NCBI GenBank assembly: GCA_035221665.1 | Contig: JAVHYY010000297.1 | Coordinates: 124,001 to 188,000 of the forward strand | Direction: 5' to 3' | Origin: Okamejei kenojei | Lineage: Eukaryota | Length of the DNA: 64,000 nucleotides | Shown: piece after piece, positions 11,617 to 23,176 of the stretch | Layout: every line of letters starts with the position of its first letter | Numbering within the stretch: the stretch's first letter is position 1 | Position numbers and translations under genes: made by a program | The notes under the pieces: generated by a model | Database searches by the model: none | Told to the model about the DNA's origin: nothing | Seen by the model: the letters and a program-made list of their open reading frames with translations, nothing else

Positions 11617-14600
11617 GAATAGAAAATAGACAATAGAAAATAGACAAATGGCTGATCATCCCCAATCAGTACTCCGTCCCTGCCTTCCTCGCATAACCAC
11701 TGACTCCGCTATTTTTAGTAGCCCTATCTAGCTCTCCCTTGAAAGCAGCCAGAGAACCTACCTCCACCGCGATTTGAGGCAGACAATTCCAAAGCCTCAC
11801 CACTCTCTGTGAGAAAAAGTGTCCTCGTCTCCGTGCTAGATGGCATACTCCGTATTTTTAAACTGTAGCCAATGGTTCTGGACTCCCCCAACATCGGGAA
11901 CATGTGTCCTGCCTCTAGCGCGTTCAAACCCTTAACAATCTTCTATGTTTCAATGAGATCCCCTCTGTTCCTTCTAAACTCCAGAGTGTACAAGCCCACA
12001 TACAGATTGGGTGAATCAAATTGGCAGGGGTGCTGAGGAAGAGGATTTCTTGGAATGTATGCGGGATAGTTTTCTAAACCAACATGTGGAGAAACCTACG
12101 AGAGAGCAGGCTATTCTAGACTGGATATTGAGTAATGAGGAAGGGTTAGTTAGCAGCCTTGTCGTACGTGGCCCCTTGGGCAAGAGTGACCATAATATGG
12201 TTGAGTTCTACATTAGGATGGAGAGTGACATTGTTAATTCAGAAACACGGGTCCTGAATTTAAAGAAAGGTAACTTTGAGGGTATGAGACGTGAATTGGC
12301 CAAGATGGACTGGCAATTGATTCTTGAAGGGTTGACGGTGGATATGCAATGGAAGGCATTTAAAGACTGCATGGATGACCTACAACAATTGTTCATCCCA
12401 GTATGGCAAAAGAATAAATCAGGGAAGGTGGCGCATCCGTGGATAACGAGGGAAATCAGGGGTAGTATCAAAGAAAAAAGATGAATCGTACAAATTAGCC
12501 AGAAAAAGCAGCCTACCAGAGGACTGGGAGAAATTCAGACCAACAGAGGACAAAGGGCTTAATTAGGAAAGGGAAAATGGAGTATGAAAGAAAACTGGCA
12601 GGAAACATAAAAACTGACTGCAAATGTTTTTATCGATATGTGAAGCGCAAAAGATTAGTTAAAACAAATGTAGGTCCCTTGCAGTCAGAAACGGGTGAAT
12701 TGATCATGGGGAACAAGGACATGGCAGACCAATTGAATAACTACTTTGGTTCTGTCTTCACTAAGGAAGACATAAATAATTTGCCGGAAGTAGCAGGGGA
12801 TCGCGGGTCAAATGAGATGGAGGAAATGAGTGAAATTCAGGTTAGCCGGAAAGTGGTGTTAGGTAAATTGAATGGATTAAAGGCCGATAAATCCCCAGGG
12901 CCAGATAGGCTCCATCCCAGGGTACTTAAGGAAGTAGCTCCAGAAATAGCAGATGCCTTAGTGATAATTTTTCAAAACTCTTTAGATTCTGGAGTAGTTC
13001 CTGAGGATTGGAGGGTAGCTAATGTAACCCCACTTTTTAAAAAGGGAGGGAGAGAGAAAATGGGGAATTACAGACCAGTTAGTCTAACATCGGTAGTGGG
13101 GAAACTGCTAGAGTCAATTATTAAAGATGGGATAGCAGCGCATTTGGAAAGTGGTGAAATAATTGGATAAAGTCAGCATGGATTTACGAAGGGTAAATCA
13201 TGCCTGACGAATCTTATTGAATTTTTTGAGGATGTAACTATTAGAGAGGATAAGGGAGAAGCAGTGCATGTGTTACATCTGGACTTTGAGAAGGCTTTCG
13301 ACAAGGTCCCGCACAAGAGATTGGTATACAATCTTAAAGCACACGGTATTGGTGGTTCAGTATTGATGTGGATAGAGAACTGGCTGGCAGACAGGAAGCA
13401 AAGAGTAGGAGTGAACGGGTCCTTTACAGGATGGCAGACAGTGACTAGTGGGGTGCCGCAAGGCTCAGTGCTGGGACCCCAGCTAATTACAATATACATT
13501 AATGATTTCGACGAGGGAATTAAATGCAACATCTCGAAGTTTGCGGATGACACGGAGCTGGAGGGCAGTGTTAGCTGTGAGGAGGATGCTAGGAGACTGC
13601 AAGATGACTTGGGTAGACTGGGTGAGTGGGCAAATGCATGGCAGATGCAGTATAATGTGGATAAATGTGAGGTTATCCACTTTGGTGGCAAAAACAGGAA
13701 GGTAGACTATTATTTGAATGGTGACCGATTAGGAAAAGGGGAGATGCAGCGAGACCTGGGTGTCATGGCACACCAGTCATTGAAAGTAGGCATGCAGGTG
13801 CAGCATGCTGTGAAGAAAGCGAATGGTATGTTGGCATTCATAGCAAAAGGATTTTACAAGAGCAGGGAGGTTCTACTGCAGTTGTACAGGGTCTTGGTGA
13901 GGCCACACCTGGAGTATTGCGTACAGTTTTGGTCTCCTAATCTGAGGAAAGACATTCTTGCCATAGAGGGAGTACAGAGAAGGTTCACCAGACTGATTCC
14001 TGGGATGGCACGACTTCCATATGAAGAAAGACTGGATAGACTCGGCATGCACTCGCTGGAATTTAGAAGATTGAGGGGTGATCTCATAGAGACTTACAAA
14101 ATTATTAAGGGGTTGGACAGGCTAGATGCAGGAAGATTGTTCCCGATGTTGGGGAAGTCCAGGACAAGGGGTCACAGTTTAAGGAAAAGGGGGAAGTCTT
14201 TTAGGACCCAGATGAGAAAATCGTTTTTCACACAGAGAGTGGCGAATCTGTGGAATTCTCTGCCACAGAAGGTAGTTGAGGCCAGTTCGTTTGCCATATT
14301 TAAGAGGGAGTTGGATGTGGCCCTTGTGGCTGAAGGGATCAGCGGGTATGGAGAGAAGGCAGGTACAGGATATTGAGTTGGATGATCAGCCATGATCATA
14401 TTGAATGGCGGTGCAGGCTCGAAGGGCCGAATGGCCTGCTCCTGCACCTAATTTCTATGTTTCTATGTTTCTATGTTTCTATCTGCTCCATATGACAGAC
14501 TCACCATCCTGGGAATTAACATTTATACCTGCGCTGCACGCCCTCCATTGCAATAATATCCTTCCTCAAATAAGGGGACCAAAACTGCGCACAATACCAC

Positions 14601-14726
14601 AAGTGTGGTCTCACTGGGGCTCTGCACAACTGCAGAAGGATCTCTTTGCTCCTATATTCGATTCCTCTTGTTATAAAGGCCAACATGCCGTGCGATTTCT
14701 TCACTGCCTGATGTACCTGCATGCTC
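11617..14726 (-). mobile_element. CR1 3' fragment with 10-bp TSD, split by the + strand CR1 at 12000-14481
   Basis: ATGTTATAGA at 11607-11616 and 14727-14736. Tail at the left end; the RT segment resumes at ~14482. Confidence 0.85.
12000..14481 (+). mobile_element. Young CR1 LINE with (TTTCTATG)n tail
   Basis: ORFs 12011-12484, 12577-13170 and 13264-14376 (KSPGPD, NYRPVSLTS, SGVPQGSVLGP, KFADD); tail at ~14452-14481. Confidence 0.97.
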
Positions 14727-15446
14727 ATGTTATAGATGTGCAAAATATTGGTGCGACCGCATTTCTGGAAGTGTTTGATTATGGTCAGATTGTTACTGGA
14801 AGATGTCATGAAACAAGAAATAATGTAGAGACGATTTACAAGTATATTGCCAGGACTATATTGCCTGAAATATGAGGAAAGGTTTGAGCAAGCTAGGACT
14901 ACGTTCGTTGGAGCAAACGAGAAAGAGGGATGATCTTATACGTGTGAGAACGATCATGTGGGGAATAGGTAGATTAAATGCACTGAGTCTCTTCTCATAA
15001 GTAAGGGTACACGAACCAGAGAACGTGCGTTTAATGCGAAAGGGACAACAAATAATAGGAAACTGTGGGACAACTGTTTACATGGTGGGTGGTAGGTGTA
15101 ATGAACGAGCGACAATAAGCGTTAGTTGAGGCAGAAATTATAGCAACATATCAAAGGCATTTTGACAGGTAGATAGATAGGAAAGGTTTAGAGGATTAAG
15201 GGGTAAATGTAGGCAGGTCGAACTAGGATAGGTTGTAGACATTGTAGACAGGGGTAAGTTGTGCCGACCGGGCTGTATGATACTAGCTTCATCCACCACG
15301 ATTCGTGTATCCTATCCGTGTCCGATACTTTTTGTATGGTCTAACCATGATAAAAGACATAGAAAATAACATTTAATGCGCTGTCTATGATCTAATCAAA
15401 GACCACAAGGACGGAAGATGTGCACATTCTTCCAAGAGCCGCCGTA

Positions 15447-18400
15447 TAATAGTAAGATTAAACGATAATTTACCAAGTTATTTTATGAGGAGTTACGATG
15501 AGGGATTACGTGAAGAAGTCCCGCCTGGCGCATGATCGGCATACTTCAAATCAGCGGCATGAAAAACACAGAACCAATAGCCGGAGTAAGATAGCAAGGT
15601 TCAATATAGACTAGAACTACCAGATGATAATTTATTTTATGAGGGTTGGGAGTGGAGGGCACGTAATCCCTCATCGTAACTTCTCATAAAATAACGATCA
15701 AACTTCAAACTTGGTAAGTTCTCGTTTAATCTTACTATTTTACTTCGGAGTCACGTGAGTGACTACGTGAACATTTTGTAGCTCTGTGTTTTTTATGTCG
15801 TAGATTCATTCCATACGACACTCTGGCCCAATCAACACATTAGTGAGTAAATAATACAACTTTAAAACATTTATTTAGTTTATGTAATAAGTCTTTCCAT
15901 GATAAAAGAATGAAAGTAACAACCCTTCTATCGTAGATAACCAAAGATATAAATTGATAATATAAAAGAAAGCACAATCAAAGAGAACCCAACACTGCGT
16001 GTCCAACCCTCACAACCGTGAGAACCGGTTTCTTGTAAACTTTGAAAAGTTTATTTTACATTATACTACGGCCTCTATTTTTTTGATCGAGTGGCCCGTC
16101 CCCTGCCTTTGCCGTGGATGTACCTACCTCCCTGGTTGGAGTGATTTTTAACATCTCAATGTCTACTGCTGAGTTCCAAAACCTGTTTTAGCCATCTGGA
16201 ATGTAACTATCTAGAACCATCAGTTTGTACTGATACTTTTATGTGTTTTTTGTGTGTAATAAATAGCGCTGTCTCACCACCATGGAGACTCTTTCCTACT
16301 TCAACATATTGAGTCAATGCTTAACCACACACAATTTTCGGTCGACAGGATATGCTTTAAAATTTACCTTGGTTCCAGCTCCTCCTGGTCTGCATTGTTT
16401 GGTTAAGTCATAAACATATAAGACAATGTTATCTGTAGCCACATGCATACAGTCTAACGCAACATTTGCAACGCTTGCACTCTTTGTGCTGATATGAGCA
16501 TTGAGCATTATTACTTCAAATGTTAACTTCCGAAACAATTATAGAATTGGAGCCCATTGCCTAGGCAAAGTAACAACTATGCTGACCTCCAAACTTCTGT
16601 ATTTTTACTTTGGGCAGATTTTAATATATATTCCTTTCCGAATCGGGATATTAACGGATGAGATCCGCTAGATTCATGGTCAGCAATTTGTCCTAAATGG
16701 GACGATAAAGCACTATGAGCCCTATTAATGGTCCTATCGCTTAGGTGCTGATCAAAAAATGCAATCCAGCAAGGAACTACAATATATCTGATATGTTAGC
16801 AGTATGTTAACATATCTTTGAATGTCTACCAAATACTTCCAATTTCTTTATATAAACAAAATACTGCTTTTGTTGCTATTTTTCCAAGCTGCAGTTATAA
16901 CATTCATGGTCCTATCCGACAGTCCGAGCTCTTGTAATGGTGTGGTCAGAACCTGCAGATTAACAAATTCATATGATCATGCCATGGATGAATTTTTCCA
17001 CAAATTACTGCAGCTATGAATCGTCATACATGGTTCAATTATTATTCTAAACATCAATGAGAATCATTCAATCACAATTATTACAACCACGACTGTGTCC
17101 GATTTGGGCCACCAAACAGCCCGTGGCAGAGTCTTGCTATATTTTCATCAGACATTGCCTAAGCAGGCAGAAAGGGGAACATAAAATAACATATTTCCCC
17201 CCCAATGTAGTGAGAATGCATCAACCGCTACTGCCCCTAGGTTGGGTTCCCATGAGACGTATTTGGGCAATTAGTGATATAATCTAGACACAAACAGATC
17301 AATGTCAGGTGATCCATACCACTGACAATGTCTTCCAACTTGTGGATTTAATATCCATTCTGTATTGTCTTTAAATATTCGTGATCTATTGTCTTCCACA
17401 ATATTGTCTCTCCCTGAGATAGACAGCTGAAAGCCAAATATTCTTAAAGATACACCAATGCCACTTCTGGTTAACCAGTTAATCACATAATAATGATCTT
17501 ACTCGTCCCATGTGATTGATATATGCCACAGCTGTGGTATTGTGTACTTGTAATTGGACATGCAAATCTTTCATAGTAGAACAATAAGTTTTTAATCCAT
17601 AAAAGCTCCTAACAACTACAAATAATTACTACCAAATGTTTCGGAGAAATAGGTTTCTTGGACAATCCATCTGCCACCACCTGGTGTTATTGTCCGTAGC
17701 CCCCTAGATAAGGGACGTATCAGATATTAACCTGATAAGAACAAATATTACACTTATCTTAGCCCCAAAAAAACAAGAAGCTATCCTCCATAGAACTGAA
17801 TACTTGCTTCAGTTTGCAATGACTGCTGGCTGCTGAGCTAATATGTTTTTAAGCAGATTGTGGAACATTCTCAATCCACCACTGTAATTCTTATAAAGCT
17901 TCCTTTGGCAATTGCATAGGCCTGTCAAAATGGCCTGCACACTCTTCTAGTGTTTGTGTTTTTGCCCTTTTTAAAGTTTTTTTGGTAATGCAGTGGACCA
18001 ACTCAACTGCAGAAATAGTGTTACTAATGTACCTAAGCTCCTTCTCGGATGGAGGGATAAGGCTTGTCAACAAGGCAACGATACACATTTGTAATATTGA
18101 CACTTTGTCTCTTGGTAAATTTACCGAACATGGTACTGAATCAATCACAAACCCCGAATAATAAATTGTTGGGAATGGCTGAAGCTTAGATTTTGTTGGA
18201 TGGATCAGGACCCTAGTCTTTCAACAGGCTTGTAATTGCTGCACTAATTTTTCAGGTGACCCCTGATCATCACTGCCAATTAAAAATGTCATCAAGATAA
18301 CCATGACCATGTGTCCTTATCAGTGCAAGTATTGGTTTCACCATTGTGTGAACAGCCTAGAAGCTGAGCTTAATCCATTAGATAATGCCTTAAATTGCCA

Positions 18401-19880
18401 TAGCTGACCCATTGAATTAATTTTCAATTACCTGTGCACATGATGATAAATTGGTACTAAATCATACGCATCCTTCAAACCTATAGTAACCAATTACAAC
18501 TTGTTGATAACAACTGCCTTGCAGTGTTGATGGTGTCCATTTTGAAATGTTTTATACTGGACAAATGTATTAAAGAGTGCGATGTCTAGAATGACCCTTC
18601 AGCCACCATCTTTCTTCTGCCTGGGGAAATTATTTGATACAAATTGTTGTTGATGCTTACTCTTGTTTTTTTCCCGCATTACACTTTCCCTAAAAAAATT
18701 CATACCTTTTCTTTAGTTGAGATTTTTCAGGTGCATAAACATACACTAGGATTTGGTTAACTCTGTACAGGTGGATCAACTCCTTCTACAAATTTTATTG
18801 TAGATCCGTACACAGTGTCTAATATAAACCGTTCAGCTGTTATGCAATATCATTTATCATAACACAGCTGTAATCTACCACCAATCGGAGGTTCAACAAA
18901 AGCTTCCTCTGTGATAGAATAAAGTTTTTCTACCTCTCCAAATGCACGTGATGGCCTTCTTTCCCCAACAATATGGGTTAACATAAGGCTGTGCTGGATG
19001 AAAATACTTCCTCACCATACATCTGCCTCTGTTTGATCCATATATCAAGTTCCCTTCACATTGGACCACCAATTTTGCAAAAGTTTTATGAGGCTGATAT
19101 CTTTGCCTCTTTAACAATGACTTTGATTGTTTTAGGCAGGTTCACTCCGTATGACCAAGATTTTCAACATAGCTTGAACATTATTGACCTGCAAATCTAA
19201 AGTGCAAAATGATCCGAATGGCAATTTTGCTCTCATACCATTGAGCTCAACATATGAGCTATAAACAATGCCACTTATCCTTTTTTAAATTTTGGTCATT
19301 GCACAATCTTTCACTTGCTTCCCATAAGCAGTGAAGCCACCCGCAAACCTGAAATTCTTTGGAATCATATTCCCTGTACCTCCACACTATTGAAGACATG
19401 GGTGCCTTAATCGGATTCACCGTTGACACCCCAGTAAAGCACAATTGTCTTCATATAAATCTGCTGTTTCAACCACAACAGCCTCCTGAAGCTGGTGAGA
19501 AACCAATTGATGTTGGCCACCATGGTTACCTTCCTTGGCCTCACAGCTTCCTTCAGGTATCGTACTTTGTACCTATTAAGTACACCTGGATTTATACTTG
19601 TGTTGTGGTGGGTACACGACCAAAACACCACTTTTAGGGTCAGTTTCTTTACTGCCCTGGTACTCCTGAGACTACCAAGGAGACTAGCTCCAGCCCAATC
19701 TGAGGTTCATATTCCCACCGTGGTAAAATCACCACATACTTGTATATGGAACCCCTCAGGGGCTGCCTGGGAATATTCTGTTTTTTTAGACCCTTGGTTG
19801 AAAATAATTTGGAGTATTTCTCCATTTAATTTATTCTGAGCCATAAGGCTTTCTTGTCTGGACGATCAGTCAGATTGTAA
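15447..19880 (-). mobile_element. DIRS1-type tyrosine-recombinase retrotransposon, decayed and 5'-truncated
   Basis: Minus-strand RT motifs LKDAY (~18470) and YLDD (~18290), RNase H TEAS..GGRW, PDIDLFVSRL, and YR motifs SRWLKQVL/HS-TR/FYKKP (~16030-16200). Inverted repeats at 15448-15512 and 15660-15740 (terminal repeat and ICR). Absent at the homologous site in B (~45299). Confidence 0.9.
17701..17784 (-). pseudogene. U2: U2 snRNA 5' fragment (~nt 1-80), retro-inserted inside the DIRS element
   Basis: Reverse complement atagcttctt..ggctaagataagtgtaatatttgttcttatcaggttaatatctgatacgtcc aligns to U2 (ATCGCTTCTCGGCCTTTTGGCTAAGATCAAGTGTAGTATCTGTTCTTATCAGTTTAATATCTGATACGTCC). Branch-point-pairing motif mutated; no Sm site. 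Confidence 0.92.
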
Positions 19881-20086
19881 TCGGTATCTGAATCTCTTTG
19901 CATGGGGAAGCTATGAAATAAAATTATAACTTTCCAAGGACGGCTTTGCAAATATATGGATGGGAAGTATTTCGAGGGATGGGGCCCAAATGCAAGCAGA
20001 TGCGAAGCCCCCACGAACGCCAATTAGCTCAAGCTGTGCAGATCGGTGACTCTTTGACTATAATACTTTGTATAACAAATACTTAC

Positions 20087-20377
20087 AATTTACATTCAGG
20101 GTGACGGAGTTTTCCAGTCTGTGACTCGTATCAAAGTAGTCAACCGTACAACGAACAGTTTGCCCGTCATGAGACGCGGAAGGAATAAATATCAAGACAG
20201 TTGAAATTTCTCCGCTCATTTCCTCCCCAAGCGTATGGCTGATGGAATTTGGCAGCTCACTCCAGGTGAGAGATGCGCGTTGAACGGGGCAGGTGTAGAG
20301 GGCTTTGCAGAGGATATTCACCGGGATCCCTTCGATGAGAATTTCCGGGATTAAAATCTCCGGTTTATCAGGTGTAT
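20087..20377 (-). CDS. Copy A Ig domain 2 (Siglec C2-set) exon
   Basis: ctccag|AT ACA CCT...AAT T|GTAAGT, 291 nt. Reads DKPEILIP..CKALYTCP..LTW..HDGQTVRCTV..VTLNV, with the extra Cys typical of Siglec domain 2. Confidence 0.92.
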
Positions 20378-21414
20378 CTGGAGATTGAAAAGATCTAGTA
20401 AAAACAACATGCATGACTGAAGTGGGGTGGGTGTGGGGCTGGTATTGCGAGTTATTTTTTAGACTCAAACTGCTGTTATTCCAGAACGCGCTGCCTTGGA
20501 GGGAGCAAAGAACAATCTGCTGATGGAACACCACCTGCTGAGCAGCATTTGTGGAGGGAAAGAGATGGTATGGAAGGCGCAATCTCAAACCAAATTGTCC
20601 ACCATCATTTTCACTACATTGATGTTGCTCTCTGAGTCACTCCAACTATTTTTATTCTCTTGCTCCACAAGTGAGTGAGGCATGCTATGATTCTCCGATA
20701 ATTTAAATATTCACCTGTCAATCCATCTATCCACCCATCTGTCCACCACCAGACCACCAACCGTGCACCATCTGTCCACCACCTCTCCGCCCATCCATCC
20801 ACCATCCACCCATCTATCCATCGATCTATCCATCTACATATTCTCTATATCTACCAATCCAATTTATTAAGAGTGTCGCCGAGGACAAATCGCCATGACT
20901 CCAGTTTCCACAGTCTGAGGTCCCGGGAATCACCGCAGTTCCACCGATGGATTTCACCAGGGGGCTTTCACAGTTGTTTTACTTCCCTGCCTATTAGACC
21001 AATTAACCTACAAATATTGAACGTCTGGGGAGTGCGGTAGAAAACCGTAGCACCCCGAGAAATCCCACGTACTCCCAGGGAGAACGTGGAAAGATCACGT
21101 AGAAAACACTCGTAGACAAGATGGAACCCCCGTCTTTGGCGCTGTGGGGCAGCATCTCTACCACTCGCTAGAACCATGCTTGTTGGACGCCAATCCGTTA
21201 TTAGCACCACTCTCTCCTTGAACATTTCGCCCTCTGTACTGTCGCTGTCCCAATACGCATTCCCATTGCTGTGCAATTCCCCAAGCTGCAAACCTCCTGC
21301 GCTCGCTCTAAAGCGCGGGACTGAGAAAGAACTTAGAAAAGAAATTTCAAAACGGAGCGAAACCAACTTTGAAGTACGTGTGCACAGCGGACGCAAACTT
21401 TGAAGGGGCCTCAC

Positions 21415-21771
21415 CCAGAACGTGCAGTTGGACGGGGGTTATGAAGGTGTAAGTATCAAAGCCGTCCACTTCCACGTAGAAGTAGTACACATCAGAGTCT
21501 TCGGATCTGAGGTGGTTGATCTGCAGCGAGCAGTCTTTCTCTCCCAGGTTGCCAACGATTTTAGCCCTCCCCTTGAACCCGGCCATTCCGTAGTTAGGAT
21601 CTCTGGAGTAATACACCGTGTACTTCCAGTAGTACCAATACTTGAACCACGCTCCGTGGATAGCGGTGTAATGATGCGAGGGGAAGTCGAACGTACAAGG
21701 TATCACCACGCAAGAATTCCTGATGGCACGATGGGACCGAGCCCGCATGGTCCATTCACCCGACTGCACGC
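21415..21771 (-). CDS. Copy A Siglec-type V-set Ig domain exon
   Basis: ccattccag|...CTG G|GTGAG, 357 nt, phase 1-1. Motifs SCVVIPCTF, GAWFK, FKGRAKIVGNLGEKDCSLQI and DSDVYYFYVE match the Siglec V-set (B-E intrasheet Cys pair plus the interdomain Cys). Confidence 0.92.
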
Positions 21772-22365
21772 CTGGAATGGTGGAGCAGATAAGTTGAAAC
21801 CAGTGTTAAATGGTGCGGCAGGAACAACTAAAACAGCAATAGACAATCTACTTGAATGATTAAAGTTAAGTCATTGGTACCTTCAACAGAAAAAATAACA
21901 TTCTGACTTGCTGCACATTTTATACAATTACATACTATGCCATAATTAAAAACATCAGAAAATAACATTTCTGCTGTCATAGAGTTAAGGTGAAGGGGGA
22001 ACATTTAATATGAATCTGAGGGGTACCTTTTTCGCCACAAATGTTTAGTTTAGTTTAGTTTAGATACCGAGCGAAATCTGGTCCTTCGGCTCTCCATATC
22101 GGCGCCGACCGCCGATTCCCGCACACTAACATTATCCTACACGGTAGGGCCAATTTCCAATTTTACAGAAGACAATTGAACTATATTTCTTTGGCGTGGT
22201 GGGTGTACGAAACGACAGAGGAGGTAGTCGACGCAGGGACTATTGCAACGTTGAATAAACTTTTAAACTGGTACTTGGATATGACAGGTTTGGATGGATA
22301 AGGGCCACACGTATGCAGGTGGGACTAGTGTACACTGGCATGCTGGCCGGTGTGGGCAATGTTGA

Positions 22366-23176
22366 NNNNNNNNNNNNNNNNNNNNNNNNNNNNNNNNNNN
22401 NNNNNNNNNNNNNNNNNNNNNNNNNNNNNNNNNNNNNNNNNNNNNNNNNNNNNNNNNNNNNNNNNNNNNNNNNNNNNNNNNNNNNNNNNNNNNNNNNNNN
22501 NNNNNNNNNNNNNNNNNNNNNNNNNNNNNNNNNNNNNNNNNNNNNNNNNNNNNNNNNNNNNNNNNNNNNNNNNNNNNNNNNNNNNNNNNNNNNNNNNNNN
22601 NNNNNNNNNNNNNNNNNNNNNNNNNNNNNNNNNNNNNNNNNNNNNNNNNNNNNNNNNNNNNNNNNNNNNNNNNNNNNNNNNNNNNNNNNNNNNNNNNNNN
22701 NNNNNNNNNNNNNNNNNNNNNNNNNNNNNNNNNNNNNNNNNNNNNNNNNNNNNNNNNNNNNNNNNNNNNNNNNNNNNNNNNNNNNNNNNNNNNNNNNNNN
22801 NNNNNNNNNNNNNNNNNNNNNNNNNNNNNNNNNNNNNNNNNNNNNNNNNNNNNNNNNNNNAGATCGATNNNNNNNNNNNNNNNNNNNNNNNNNNNNNNNN
22901 NNNNNNNNNNNNNNNNNNNNNNNNNNNNNNNNNNNNNNNNNNNNNNNNNNNNNNNNNNNNNNNNNNNNNNNNNNNNNNNNNNNNNNNNNNNNNNNNNNNN
23001 NNNNNNNNNNNNNNNNNNNNNNNNNNNNNNNNNNNNNNNNACAGATCTNNNNNNNNNNNNNNNNNNNNNNNNNNNNNNNNNNNNNNNNNNNNNNNNNNNN
23101 NNNNNNNNNNNNNNNNNNNNNNNNNNNNNNNNNNNNNNNNNNNNNNNNNNNNNNNNNNNNNNNNNNNNNNNNNNNN
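22366..23176. other. N-run (others at 33597-33799, 52590-53127, 63610-63830)
   Basis: Ns fall at homologous positions in both duplicates, with the same 8-nt island (agatcgat), next to simple repeats. Probably masked low-complexity sequence. Confidence 0.9.

Larger units (their letters stand above)
1..21260. repeat. Older paralogous block (partner ~30780-51470), visibly more diverged, with copy-specific TE insertions
   Basis: Position 1 (tgaatctgtggaatt) matches 30780. Colinear shared repeats and exons with frequent substitutions and indels. Confidence 0.9.

Noticed and set aside
17701-17784. Functional U2 snRNA gene, or target site of a U2-specific retrotransposon (Utopia/Keno)
   Set aside because: Only the 5' ~80 nt are present, mutated, without Sm site or PSE, and both flanks are contiguous DIRS sequence.
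21415-21771. Rearranging Ig, TCR or IgNAR V segment
   Set aside because: No RSS heptamer/nonamer and no canonical YYC. The exon includes its own G strand, ends in a splice donor and has the Siglec B-E cysteine pattern.
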